A stretch of DNA of 64,000 nucleotides from a virus, in IMG/VR virus record IMGVR_UViG_3300031962_000001, positions 1 through 64,000 of that record; one strand, given 5' to 3'. The notes under the pieces were generated by a model that saw nothing but the letters and a program-made list of their open reading frames with translations, was not told the origin of the DNA and did not search any database. Shown one piece after another: positions 28,525 through 39,400 of the stretch. Within the stretch, counting starts at the first letter, position 1. Each line of letters begins with the position of its first letter. Both the position numbers and the translations under genes were made by a program.

Positions 28525-29046
28525 GTGCCAGATCTTGGAAATCAATGGACGCTTAACGATTTCTTGAACGCCAAGGAAGCTTGGCTAGCTACGCAGAGCA
28601 TGAACCACAAACGCGTCCGCGTTTTCAAATTTGAAGTCTACGAAACCGCTGGGACGCAGGTTAATCCAGGGACCAACGTAGTCAACCCGAACGAGCAGTT
28701 CAGGACTCCGAAATACAGTGTCAGACTAGACCATGTCTGGCTTTCGCAGGTCAAGGTCTTTGACACCGTCAAGCGTGGATATTTCACAACCGGAGATCTA
28801 GACGTCTATAGCGAGTTCTCTCTGCAAGGCTACAGTCCGGCGTACCTGACTATAGACGGCGTCAACATTCCAGAGTACGCTGGCGACTTGATCGAGTGGA
28901 ATGGCAAGCTCTGGGAAGTGGCGGACCAGCTGGAGCCTGTCACTTGGGGAGTTTTAGCAGATCAGGTTTTCTATAGGACAGTATTGCGTCGTACTCAGCG
29001 GACGGGCATCGGCGTTGCGGTAGGCGTCGGAATAGGAACGAAGTGA
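28525..29046 (+). CDS. putative head closure/stopper protein
   Basis: Position in the neck cluster; GDLIEWNGKLWEV C-terminal motif. Confidence 0.5.
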   Translation: MPDLGNQWTLNDFLNAKEAWLATQSMNHKRVRVFKFEVYETAGTQVNPGTNVVNPNEQFRTPKYSVRLDHVWLSQVKVFDTVKRGYFTTGDLDVYSEFSLQGYSPAYLTIDGVNIPEYAGDLIEWNGKLWEVADQLEPVTWGVLADQVFYRTVLRRTQRTGIGVAVGVGIGTK

Positions 29047-29537
29047 TGGCACAGAACAGAAAAGTCCAAGGAGCAGGCTTCCAGCTAATCATCAGAACTG
29101 GAAGCGTCACTGAAGCAGTGCAGAAAGCGGTCATGAAAGGGCTTACTGATGTCGGAAAGCAGTACAAAGAAAGAGTGATGAAGAACATCAGCCTAGACGA
29201 TCACACTCTGCAAGAACTCAGGGAGATGGGCCATCCATATAGAGTCACTGGCCCAAAGGACGCCTTGCATGGCGACGACAGATTGGTTCACGAACAGTCT
29301 GGAAAGCTCAAAAGCAGCATCAGACTCCAGCCAGTCGAGCAGACGACTTCCAGAAAATTTACGGTCTATATTACGAGCAATGCTCCAGAGATGCCTTTCC
29401 TCATCTATGGTACTTCTCGTATGCGGCCTCGCAGGTTTCATGAGAAGTCGTACGAGGACATCAAGGACAGATTCTGGAAGCCTCTATTAAGCGAGCTGAA
29501 GAAAGTCAATGTCAGGATAGCGGGGTACGAAAGCTAA
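29043..29537 (+). CDS. HK97 gp10-like neck/tail completion protein
   Basis: SGKLKSSI...APEMPFLIYGTSRMRPRRF motif. Confidence 0.75.
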   Translation: MMAQNRKVQGAGFQLIIRTGSVTEAVQKAVMKGLTDVGKQYKERVMKNISLDDHTLQELREMGHPYRVTGPKDALHGDDRLVHEQSGKLKSSIRLQPVEQTTSRKFTVYITSNAPEMPFLIYGTSRMRPRRFHEKSYEDIKDRFWKPLLSELKKVNVRIAGYES

Positions 29538-30046
29538 TGCTAGATTCTATAAGTGAAGCTCGGCTGACTCCAATCAATCCAACTCTGGCGAATAGAGTTC
29601 GGCAAATGGCATCTGTCCTCGGATTCGATATTCGCGTCACAAGAGGAGCGGCGTCTGCAGACGAGCAGATGGCGTACTATGCGCAAGGTCGCTTGCCTGT
29701 TTCTACAGTGAACATTCTCAGAGGCAAGGTCAAACTGGCACCGCTAACTGAAGACCAGAATGTCAAAGTCACAGATGCTCCTCCAGGGCATAGCTGGCAT
29801 GAATATCTGTTTGCGGTGGATGTAGTGCCTATGACTCCTGTGCCAGACTATAACGAGAACCATCCAACTTGGAGAAAGATATTAGAAGTCGCTCCTCAAT
29901 TTCAATTGACTGATGGCGTTCACTGGAAGGACGAACCGCATCTGCAACCGATAGAGCTTCCAGATTCACCGACTCCGGTCTATGTCGGTATGCTTCATAC
30001 GGTTACGATGGAAGAGATCTGGAGATACGCGGGGTTGGCAGCATGA
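29537..30046 (+). CDS. M15-family (L-Ala-D-Glu/D-Ala-D-Ala type) peptidase, endolysin
   Basis: EQMAYYAQGR, VTDAPPGHSWHEYLFAVDV, DEPHLQ. Confidence 0.85.
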   Translation: MLDSISEARLTPINPTLANRVRQMASVLGFDIRVTRGAASADEQMAYYAQGRLPVSTVNILRGKVKLAPLTEDQNVKVTDAPPGHSWHEYLFAVDVVPMTPVPDYNENHPTWRKILEVAPQFQLTDGVHWKDEPHLQPIELPDSPTPVYVGMLHTVTMEEIWRYAGLAA

Positions 30047-30549
30047 GTGAACAGGTCTCACGTCTATGTGTGAACTATTTGAGGAACTTCATGTTCCCAG
30101 CTCTTCCACCAGATGTGCAGAGCAAATTCCCGACTGTGCAGGATCCCCTTGTCAACGGACCAAATTCAGTGCCGAACATTGTAGTTGGACAATATCAGGA
30201 CTTCGGCGCGAACGCTGCCACACCGATGGTGACAGTCAATTGCAATGGAGCGGCAGAAGGCATTGTCAACGTCTATCGGCATCTGGACTTGCGCGTGGAT
30301 ATCTGGGTTGGAGGCAATATCGCGTCGAACGTAGACGGTCGTAGATTCATAAGCATAATCTACGAATATATATTTCGCACTCTGTGCAATACGAACTGGA
30401 CGGGTCAGTCGCAGCCGGGAGGCAGCACTGTTCGTATCGAACGCTGCTACGAAACAGAGCGCAGCCCGATTCTGTTTGAACCGACGAACAACATCTATCA
30501 TATAGCGACAATTTTTCGGGTAGAAGCTCTTGCAAATACGTGGTACTGA
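30043..30549 (+). CDS. putative tail terminator
   Basis: Directly before the tail tube gene; PMVTV...LRVDIWV...YHIATIFRV. Confidence 0.55.
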   Translation: MSEQVSRLCVNYLRNFMFPALPPDVQSKFPTVQDPLVNGPNSVPNIVVGQYQDFGANAATPMVTVNCNGAAEGIVNVYRHLDLRVDIWVGGNIASNVDGRRFISIIYEYIFRTLCNTNWTGQSQPGGSTVRIERCYETERSPILFEPTNNIYHIATIFRVEALANTWY

Positions 30550-30563
30550 AAAGGAGAAAATAG

Positions 30564-31145
30564 ATGTCACTTCCTCCGGGAGTACAATCTAGCGGACTGC
30601 TTCAACTACAGGATGCTAGAAATATTCTGCTCGGGAACGGGCAGATCTTGTACGGCAGTCCTTATGCAAACCTAGGTCAGATCAAAGGAGACGCCTCCTT
30701 TAACTACACGCTGCGTCCGTACGACGTGGTCGGCGGCAATCCTTTGATCCTTCTGAGACGGTTCACGCTGGAAGAACGAGTGAACGTAACTGTTCCTCTT
30801 CTTGAAGTATCGGCGTCGAATGTCTCGCTGTATCTCAGAAACTTCAACCTCGGCTCTACGACTATCTTTGGCACGGCATCGGCTGGCGGCACTTTGTACA
30901 GCCAACAGTTCGGTGGTAACGCGCACATGCCGTTTTCGCTGATGAAATTCTTCCATCCCACGCCAGAAGGCGGATACTATGCCATCACTGGCTGGATCGT
31001 GTATCCGCCCCTCGAATTACGCTTGCCATTCCCGGAGCAGCGCGAAACGATATTTGATGCCGTGTTTGAATTCAGGCACGACATCACCAAGAATCCGGGT
31101 CAGCAACTGGGCCAGTTCGACGTGTTCGTAGTTCCTTTGACATAA
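30564..31145 (+). CDS. tail tube (major tail) protein
   Basis: AAGGAG RBS; NILLGNGQI..LGQIKG..VPLLE..LRLPF pattern; lies upstream of the chaperones and tape measure. Confidence 0.65.
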   Translation: MSLPPGVQSSGLLQLQDARNILLGNGQILYGSPYANLGQIKGDASFNYTLRPYDVVGGNPLILLRRFTLEERVNVTVPLLEVSASNVSLYLRNFNLGSTTIFGTASAGGTLYSQQFGGNAHMPFSLMKFFHPTPEGGYYAITGWIVYPPLELRLPFPEQRETIFDAVFEFRHDITKNPGQQLGQFDVFVVPLT

Positions 31146-31157
31146 TTGGAGGCAGTC

Positions 31158-31757
31158 GTGAGTCTCGAAGTCTGGTTGAAGACAGGACGAAAAGTGACGG
31201 TCGGTGGGAGAGAGCTGACCATGATGCCTCTCCCTCTGCGTCGTTTGTACTCTGTTGGTTCTTGGTTGGAGAACAACGCTACTGACGTGGTCAAGGAAAC
31301 AATCGCCGCTACGAACGAGGGCGAGGTTCCAAATCCAATGGTCTTGGTAGCTAGAGTCCTTATGCGAGTGGACGTAGCGGAGCTCGCATACGCGATATTC
31401 TCCCTGCCAAAGGACCCGGAAACTGGTGAGCAAATCAATAAAGGACTTTCCAAGGAGTTCTTCGACGACTATCTCGACACTCCTACAGCGCAGAAGCTGT
31501 TCAAAGAGTTCATCGAGATAAACGACTTGGAAAGCCTAATAAAAAATTTGCAGAGCCTTCCGGTAGTGAAGAAGCTGATGGAAGCTTCCTCACTAACCTT
31601 TGGGATTCCGTTTTTGAGTTCTTTGCAGCAGAGTACGGCTTCGACCCAGAACAAACCGGAAGGCTCACCCTCCCCCAAATCAACAGACTCGTCGACGCCA
31701 ATCACAGAAGAAAGTTTGGAACAAAGAACGGGCACAAGCCAGTCAAGAGTGATGTAA
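31158..31757 (+). CDS. tail assembly chaperone (gpG-like)
   Basis: GGAGG RBS then GTG 31158; contains the slippery site; sits between tube and tape measure genes. Confidence 0.7.
   Translation: MSLEVWLKTGRKVTVGGRELTMMPLPLRRLYSVGSWLENNATDVVKETIAATNEGEVPNPMVLVARVLMRVDVAELAYAIFSLPKDPETGEQINKGLSKEFFDDYLDTPTAQKLFKEFIEINDLESLIKNLQSLPVVKKLMEASSLTFGIPFLSSLQQSTASTQNKPEGSPSPKSTDSSTPITEESLEQRTGTSQSRVM
31541..31550 (+). other. -1 programmed frameshift slippery site (A AAA AAT / A AAT TTG)
   Basis: The -1 frame is open from here to 32089 and encodes WDSVFEFFAAEYGFDPEQTGRLTLPQ, a gpT-like sequence. Confidence 0.75.
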
Positions 31758-32089
31758 AGAAGGAGCCTGAAAAGAAAGAGTCTAAGCCGAAGCCGACATA
31801 CCGTCCGGCAGTAGCTAGGGCAAAAGAATTCCTTGGCAATCAGAGCGGAGTGCCTAATCCGCAAACCGGAACTACCAAGGAGTACAGTGACCAGAGAAGT
31901 TTGGACTTGAGAGTTTTCTCGTCGAAGGAACATTTTGAAATGGTGGATGCTCAGTTCAGAGAGGCTAAGGATCTCAAGGGCAATTCTATGCTGGAAATTG
32001 CCAGACGATATTGGGACGATCCTGACTACGCTGAGCAGATGAGAAAAGAAATTGAGGAAATGAAACGCCATGCCCGTAAACTTCCTTGA
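31547..32089 (+). CDS. tail assembly chaperone gpT-like -1 frame extension
   Basis: In frame with ORF 31850-32089; ends overlapping the tape measure start. Confidence 0.7.
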   Translation, partial: FAEPSGSEEADGSFLTNLWDSVFEFFAAEYGFDPEQTGRLTLPQINRLVDANHRRKFGTKNGHKPVKSDVKKEPEKKESKPKPTYRPAVARAKEFLGNQSGVPNPQTGTTKEYSDQRSLDLRVFSSKEHFEMVDAQFREAKDLKGNSMLEIARRYWDDPDYAEQMRKEIEEMKRHARKLP

Positions 32090-34808
32090 TCTACTAGCGA
32101 ACGTTTCAGTGGACCTCAACAAGTTCGAGGGAGAGCTGAAGAAGGCCGAAGAATTGGCCGAGAAGTCTGCCAAGGCCATCTCTGGCAGCATGAACCTGAT
32201 TGGCATCGGTATAGTCACATCAATAGCTGGCGCAGCTATTGTCGCTCTTGAGAAGGCTGTTAAGAAGACCGCAGAGTGGGGATTGGAGATGGAGCATCTA
32301 TCCAATCGCATGGGCATGACGGTCAGAGATACAGCGACTGTAGTGGGTGTCATGGAACGCTTCGGTGTCAATGCTAATATGGGAGCACGCGCTATGCAGA
32401 TGCTCTCGACACAGGTCCATCAGACACAGAACTCTCTGGATCCTCTGTCTACCAGACTCGGCAAAACTCTTGGCGCATTGAGAGACACTAGTGGTCACGC
32501 GCTGGCAATGGGTCAGGTACTAGATTTGGTTCGTCAGAAAGTTTCAGGTGCTTCTTCAGACAGTGAACGGCTCCAAATTGCTACCTCTCTCTTAGGCGCT
32601 CGTATCGGCGGTCAGCTAATTCCAATGTTAAGGCTCAGCAATGAAGAGTGGGAAAAGCAGAAGGCCTCTGTTCAGTCTACGCTGGGACCAGTGGAACAGG
32701 CGGCAGAACAGGCGTTAGCATACAAGCAAGCGACAGCTGAACTTGAGCAGGTCTTCAGAGGACTGGAAATCACGATTGGCACAAAGGTCCTGCCAGCACT
32801 GACAGACTTGATCAGAGAAACCTCCGCATGGATCAAGGCAGTGGCTGAAGGCAGAGACACGATTCCAATTCTCAACAGTTTCGTAATGGTCTTCAAAGAC
32901 ATCAAGACAATGATACAGGAAGCTACTTACGCCTATCTGTACTGGCAGGAGAAGCTTGGTCTTGTAGAAAAGGGAACGGCTGCCATATTTGCCAACATGG
33001 AAGCAGAGCAAGCGCAAGCTGCCAAAGCCGGAGCAGCAATAGAAGGCCAGAGAGACGCTGCCGAAAACTTGAACACTGAAATCGAGATGAATATCCAGAA
33101 CGAACGCAAGCTGGCTGCCGAAGTTCAACAGCAAGTCAGACTGATGGAGAAGGCCAGACAGCTAGGAGTAGAGACTGGTGGCAGAGCAGCAGAACAGGCG
33201 GAACTAGAACGAGCTTTGAACAAGCTGACTGAGGAGCGTCTGTTTCTTGAAGATAAGATGAAGGACGTAAAGGGAGATCAGCGCATCAAGTACGAAAACG
33301 ATCTCCTCAAGAATCGAGTAGACGCCGCTCAGCTAGTCTCTGATTTCGTGATGAAGGGCTTCAAGGAAGAAGAGCTTCAGCTCAAAGCGAACGGGGCCTT
33401 GAATCTGTCTACTGAAATAAATCTTCTAGAGAGAAAGCTGTCTGATGAGCGTATCGTCGGTGATGAGAGACTGAAAATAGAAGCTGAGCTCTATAACAAG
33501 CGCAAGCAGTTTCTAGAGGAGGCTATGAAGGTTGGCCAGCAACTCGGCCTTGTGACCGTCGACCAAGAGATTGCTTATCGCAAGCAGCGATTTGCTGAAC
33601 TCCAAGGCAAAGGAGACGTCATTGGTGCAGCTCAAGAACTGGTCAAAGCACGAGATTTGGCTATCAAACAAGCGGATCAAGTTATGGAGTTCACTAAGAA
33701 GCTTAGGATCGTGGCTATCAATGATGAGATTCGATATCAGGAACAGAAGCTCGCGTTGGCTAAGGGCAATGCAGAAGAAGAAATGAAGATTCTTAGTCGC
33801 ATCGCAGATCTGGACAAGAACCTATATGATAGGAGACTGCAATTCGCTTTGGATTACAATCAGAAAGCGATTGACTCCTATCGCGCTATGTTGAAAGCTA
33901 CTGGTCAAAAGGACACAACCACGGTCAGTGGCCCACAAGAGTCTCTTACGTTCGCTCAGCGTGAACGCGAAGCAGAACGCGCTAGATTCCAGCAGGCTAG
34001 ACTCATCGAAGAAGTGGCGATGCATGGAGGCACAGAAGCCGAAATATCCGCCGCTCGCAAGGCCGCAGAGCAGAACCGTAAAGACATGGAAGAAGCTATG
34101 GCTCTGGGCAAGTCTGTCTCAGATGGCATGAAAGAGATTGCCAATGCTTCCAAAGATTTCTTCAAGGCCGCGAGTGGCGGGGAAGAAGTGCGAGCTCCCG
34201 GCGGTCCTTCGCCAGTGGTCGGCAGCTTGATGTCGCCGGCAGAAGGCCTCGCTACAGAAGCTCTGGCAAGAGGCAGCGATATCCCACGGCTAGACACTTC
34301 GTTCACAGACTTGGCTGTCCGCATCAGAGACGTCCTGCTAGGCACGATTCCAAATATCCAGAACTTCTCCAATCAGCTGGCTCTAGCCACGAAGCAGATG
34401 GCGCAATTCACTGGCACTCCAAACAATCCCGGCATCATAGGTCCTGGTGGAGGCATTACGAACGTTCCTGTCGGAACTCCTCCTGCGACTGGATTCGGGC
34501 AGGTCACTGGAGGACCTACGGCCGGACCGGGAGCTCAGCAGCCGGTGACGCCATCTTCTCAAGTGGGAGTTGGTACGACTACTCTGGACGCCAAGCTAGA
34601 TGCTCTCACTACGGCTCTAGTGGGGATTCCTGGCAAAATTGCAGACTCTTTGAACCAATCGCCGCAAGCTGGCAATCTGCAGAGTCTGGTGGACGCTTTG
34701 CATCAGGCCATCTCTTCTAGACAGGGAGTCAACGTCCAGGTCGGAGTGGACCCGAACACGGGAGATTTGATAATCAACAGAATCGTGCAGGAGATTTCAG
34801 CAACGTAA
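32070..34808 (+). CDS. tape measure protein
   Basis: 912 aa, helical/coiled-coil, Ala-rich; follows the chaperones. Confidence 0.85.
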   Translation: MPVNFLDLLANVSVDLNKFEGELKKAEELAEKSAKAISGSMNLIGIGIVTSIAGAAIVALEKAVKKTAEWGLEMEHLSNRMGMTVRDTATVVGVMERFGVNANMGARAMQMLSTQVHQTQNSLDPLSTRLGKTLGALRDTSGHALAMGQVLDLVRQKVSGASSDSERLQIATSLLGARIGGQLIPMLRLSNEEWEKQKASVQSTLGPVEQAAEQALAYKQATAELEQVFRGLEITIGTKVLPALTDLIRETSAWIKAVAEGRDTIPILNSFVMVFKDIKTMIQEATYAYLYWQEKLGLVEKGTAAIFANMEAEQAQAAKAGAAIEGQRDAAENLNTEIEMNIQNERKLAAEVQQQVRLMEKARQLGVETGGRAAEQAELERALNKLTEERLFLEDKMKDVKGDQRIKYENDLLKNRVDAAQLVSDFVMKGFKEEELQLKANGALNLSTEINLLERKLSDERIVGDERLKIEAELYNKRKQFLEEAMKVGQQLGLVTVDQEIAYRKQRFAELQGKGDVIGAAQELVKARDLAIKQADQVMEFTKKLRIVAINDEIRYQEQKLALAKGNAEEEMKILSRIADLDKNLYDRRLQFALDYNQKAIDSYRAMLKATGQKDTTTVSGPQESLTFAQREREAERARFQQARLIEEVAMHGGTEAEISAARKAAEQNRKDMEEAMALGKSVSDGMKEIANASKDFFKAASGGEEVRAPGGPSPVVGSLMSPAEGLATEALARGSDIPRLDTSFTDLAVRIRDVLLGTIPNIQNFSNQLALATKQMAQFTGTPNNPGIIGPGGGITNVPVGTPPATGFGQVTGGPTAGPGAQQPVTPSSQVGVGTTTLDAKLDALTTALVGIPGKIADSLNQSPQAGNLQSLVDALHQAISSRQGVNVQVGVDPNTGDLIINRIVQEISAT

Positions 34809-34828
34809 CTATATCTAGAGAGGCGAAG

Positions 34829-35458
34829 ATGAGCATACCGTCACAAGTAGCGAACGCGGGCAATAACAGCTCAGCGCAGAATGTTTTCAAGGTGACTTTC
34901 AGCCAAGCGTTGTCGTCACCTCCAACCATCGAGTCGTGGGACGATTCTACATTTTCTACCACGACCAAAGAGCAATTTGCTGGCACCACGATCAATGGAA
35001 ATATTCCGTACGTTTCTGTGGTAGCGACTACTGATGCCGCTCCTATCGCTGCTTGGAAGCCAGCATCTCCAGTCGCTGGTGGAGCGGTAGCAAACAGGCT
35101 GAAGGGTCTCACTAACTATGTCAATTCCTCCGTCAACACTCCTACGGCTGGAGGCGCGATCAGGTTCAACATTGACTTCGAGATACCGGCAGATGCCACT
35201 GTTCCCAGTACAAACACGTTCGGTGTCTTGGCGGTAAGATACGCCTATTCTGGCCCAACGCCGACAATCACGTGGCAGTACAATGACGTCGCTGCTGGAG
35301 GGACAGAAGGAGCGCCTCAGTGGACGAACATAACTCCTGGTGCGGCCGGAAACTTTATCAGGCCAGCGGATGCTGGCACGACTTCTGCGAACGTCGCAGC
35401 GACTAAGCCTACTAGCTCTGTTGCGTCGGCAAATCAAATCTGGGTAACCAACACATGA
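34829..35458 (+). CDS. putative virion structural protein
   Basis: T/A/G-rich beta protein downstream of the tape measure. Confidence 0.5.
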   Translation: MSIPSQVANAGNNSSAQNVFKVTFSQALSSPPTIESWDDSTFSTTTKEQFAGTTINGNIPYVSVVATTDAAPIAAWKPASPVAGGAVANRLKGLTNYVNSSVNTPTAGGAIRFNIDFEIPADATVPSTNTFGVLAVRYAYSGPTPTITWQYNDVAAGGTEGAPQWTNITPGAAGNFIRPADAGTTSANVAATKPTSSVASANQIWVTNT

Positions 35459-36048
35459 TGACTAGGAAACAATTAGCAGCTTGCAGAAGAAACGCGAAAA
35501 TAGCGCACTCTCTTCCAAGAACCAAGAAACAATTAGAAGCGCTCAGGAGAAATTCTAAGATAGGCTGCGCTATGCCTAGAACTGAAAGGCAACTGAAGTC
35601 TCTAGCCAAAGCTAGAAAAGTGGGCCAGAAAGTGTTGAGCACTATGTCTAGGACTTGGTTGAAGGGAAAGAATAGGTATAAATATCCCAATAGGCTCAAA
35701 GCAGATCTCAAAAATATACAGATTGCCAACTCTCAACCTAAAACTGCAAAGCAACGTGCTACTTCTAGAGAGATGGTTAAGTATGCCCACGAAGGTTTGA
35801 AGAAGAGAAGAAAAGAGATCAATGGCATCTGTGAACTGTGCGGAGTTCCATGCTTCACTTATGGAGATCACTGTCATAAGACTGGAAAGAAGCGTGGAAA
35901 AGTCTGCCTCAGTTGCAACTTGGTTCTTGGAATGTTCAAAGACGATATAGGTCGATTCAAGAAGGCAATTAAATACCTTGAGAAATATAAAGTCTTGAGG
36001 TTTCCCAGACTGCCACAAAGATTTCCTAGATTGAAAGTGGCAGCATAG
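35455..36048 (+). CDS. endonuclease VII-like (His-Me finger) homing endonuclease
   Basis: CELCG...DHCHKTGKKRGKVCLSCNLVLGMFKDD; N-terminal repeats T(R/K/E)xQL; C-terminal RFPR x2. Confidence 0.8.
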   Translation: MMTRKQLAACRRNAKIAHSLPRTKKQLEALRRNSKIGCAMPRTERQLKSLAKARKVGQKVLSTMSRTWLKGKNRYKYPNRLKADLKNIQIANSQPKTAKQRATSREMVKYAHEGLKKRRKEINGICELCGVPCFTYGDHCHKTGKKRGKVCLSCNLVLGMFKDDIGRFKKAIKYLEKYKVLRFPRLPQRFPRLKVAA

Positions 36049-36071
36049 ATTCTATAAAAGGGAGGAGCCCA

Positions 36072-36443
36072 ATGTGGCTTTCTAACTTTGAGAACGGCAC
36101 TTCCATCTCTTCCAAAAACGTATTCTGGACACAGTTGAAGGAAAGAAGCAATGGAGCCAAGATGACCGGGCTCCAGCTCACCAGTTCTCTGTTTCCAAAT
36201 CTGTTTCTGGAACTTTCTGATCTGGACCGATACTATTTCGTGACTGAAGCCAGTGCTTTCATAGCGGAAGGAGTATTTCGCAACGAAGTGCTGGCTGAAA
36301 TCATTGGTGGACACAATCTAGAACTGGGAATCGGTATTGAAATCCGGCTAGAGTACACGGGCAGCGCGAAGTCCAGAATCTACAAGCTTGAACGTTATAA
36401 GTATTCGAAGGATATCTTGGTAGAGGGTACTAGAAGGCACTAA
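36072..36443 (+). CDS. hypothetical protein
   Basis: GGAGG RBS; TAATG coupling to the next gene. Confidence 0.6.
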   Translation: MWLSNFENGTSISSKNVFWTQLKERSNGAKMTGLQLTSSLFPNLFLELSDLDRYYFVTEASAFIAEGVFRNEVLAEIIGGHNLELGIGIEIRLEYTGSAKSRIYKLERYKYSKDILVEGTRRH

Positions 36444-39400
36444 TGCCAGCGGTATATGTCAGCTCGAATGTCAGTGGAGTTTCTGCTACTACTAGCGGAA
36501 CGCTGAACTATGGAACGCTGGCTTCTGGGCAGACCATATTTCTGCAGATAGCTGCCTACGGTTCAGGAAACGTTCCAAGCTCTGTCACGGACGATAAGGG
36601 CAATACATACGTTCAGCTCTATACGCAGAATTTCTCCACTTCTTTCCTTGGCGGTCTTGGCGGAACGATAACTCTCTACTACGCCACCGTAAAGACAGCG
36701 GGAAATACGACCGTCACTGTAAACTTCGCAAGCTCCACGACTTGGGCAATGAACGCGATCTGGTACTTGGGGTTCAACACTACTCCATTCACGTTAGAAA
36801 CTTCAGCGTCTGCTGGCGGCACTGGCACTGCACCAAATTCTGGCGCGACTCCCTCGAACGCGACAGCTGGCGATCTGCTGCTCGGTCTTGGAATGACCGA
36901 TATCGCCATAGGAAATTTCTCAAACTTCTACTCAGCTCAGGGTGCTGGTTACAGTGGTTCCTTCAGCGATTCTTCAGGAAATAACGTAAGCAGTATACAA
37001 GAATTCCAGAACGCTGCTTCCACTACGACATATTCTGCGACGGCAACTCTTCAGAGCAGCGCAAATTGGGTGATGGCAGTCGTAGCGATCAAGCAGACGG
37101 CTTCAGTGCCTACGTTTGTGAGAGGCTACGGAACAGTCCACAGTGCTGGAGCTGGTTCTTTGGGATTGACCGGCGTCACGCTGTCCGTTGGCGATCTGGG
37201 CATCGTCTGCGTGAAATGGGTTGGCACACAGACCATCAGCACGGTCGCAGACAATCTTGGTGGCAACGTTTGGATAGCTGTTCCAAATTCCTATCAGACG
37301 GGAGCTGGAAATTTCAGCAGTCAGCTTTGGTATTGCGCCAAGATAGCCACTGGTGGAACAGCCACCATCACCGTCACTTGGTCTGCTACTACAGGGAGCA
37401 TGGATATAGGTGGAGCCGAATTCACGGCTTCCACTATAGACATATCCTCGTCTTCGCAGCTTGCCTCGTCTAACAATATCACCATATCTGCGACCCCTAC
37501 GAGTGCTAGCGAAATGCTCTACGCTTTCTTCGTAGGAGGAGCTAGTACTCCTAGCATTTTAGCTTCTGGATTCACCAGTGCCGGAGCGGCTGGCAGTTTC
37601 AGCACTCAGGGATACATGGCGGCAGGACCAACTGGGATATCTTATCCTGCGACCGCCACTCAAACCGCTCCTTCTCTTTTCTTTGCTGCGATAGTCGCTT
37701 TGGGACCGTCTTCTAACAGCAAGACCTGGAATACAGATTGCTACGTCTTTCCATTCTATAATTCCAAGAATTGGAACACAGATTGCTTCGTGACCGTTCC
37801 TCAGCGAAGCTGGAACGTAGACTGTTACGTCGCTAATCCGTCTGCTATCACTGTCGCTTTGACTTACGTCAGCCTAGCTGGTCAGATCCTCTTCAAGATT
37901 AACGTTCCTAATGGCTTTATTGGGTTGAAGGGAACACTCAATCAGCCGGTCCTGACGTACGTCGGACTCGCGGCTACGATAAAGACTCAGAAGCTCCCAG
38001 CCAGTTTTACAGGTCTGGCAGGTACGATCAAGATCAAGCCTACTCCAAGCTACACAAGCTTGAAGGGCACGATCAACAATCCTACGCTCAAATCGTGGAA
38101 CTCGGACTGCTTCGTTGTCGTTCCTGCCAGAATCTATGTTTCACTGGCTGGCACCATCGTACAGAAGCTGACGCCGACTGGTCCTCCTGTTCCTACTGGA
38201 GCGTTTCCAGATTCTTCTTACGTAGGATTGAGAGCTACGATTCTGAGTGGAGGGTCTGGTTCTATCCAGATGCCGGGTTCTGGATATACGACAGCAGACG
38301 ATTGGTATTCTTCTGTAGACGCTGGCGCTTCCTACAAGTCTGGCTCTGTATTCAATCTGTCCGGTGCTAATCTTCCCGCTGGTGGAATCAATCTAGTCGT
38401 GACGGCATTCACTGGCGGAGTAACGAGCTTCCAGACTCGCACGAGAAACTGGCTGCGCAGAGTAGACGCTGCGAATAGTGGCATCGTCACCAACACTCAG
38501 ACCAATGTGCATACTCTGCCGAATGGTGCCGTCATCACTACGACTACAGTCACTACGCAGAACAAGGACGTATTGACTACGACCGTGACGACTCAGAGCA
38601 GTGCGACGCCTACCAGAACCAGCACCGTCATCACTGAGAAGAGCGTCGGTGGCCAGACTACCGTCCGTGAAATAGACACTACGACTATAAACGGCATCGT
38701 GACGAATGTAGAAAAGAAAAACGTCTTTTCGGTGCCGCCGACGTATGACAATCCACAGCCACTGAAAGTCACGACGCTGGACGGCGTAATTCATTACCAG
38801 TTTTTCTCGGCCATCAACGCTGAATGGGCTGGCGGCGAGCAGGAAGGCGTAACGAATATCCAGACTCAGGTGCAGATAGTTCCCGGCACTTTGAACAATT
38901 CTACTACGGACGCCTTCGGCAATCCTATTCTGTCCAGAGTCACGACCAGCACTGCTACGACTCCAGATGGCAAGATCATTACTACCACTACGACAGAGAC
39001 TGGCAGTTCTACGGCGAAGGACTTTGGCACTACGACCGTAGACACGATCAATCAGTTCAATGGCGTCCAGAAGACCGTCGTTACCAAGACGACATATCCT
39101 GATGGGTCTGTGGTGACTAGCAACAAGACAACCAATTTGCTTACAGGTGATAGCACAGAAACAGACACCGAAACGGTCACCGACGAATATGGGCAGGTAA
39201 CGACGACTGTCACGTCTATCGACACCAAGACATTTGCAGACCCGACCACTGGCATCGAAAGACAGACAGTTACTAAGACGGTCGCCGTCACGAAAGGCGG
39301 AGTCACTACCATAGACACTACTGTCGTTACGAACAACGATTTCGAGGACAGTATCGTCAGCCAAAAGGTCAAGGTCTACTTCATCCAAGAGTTCACTATC

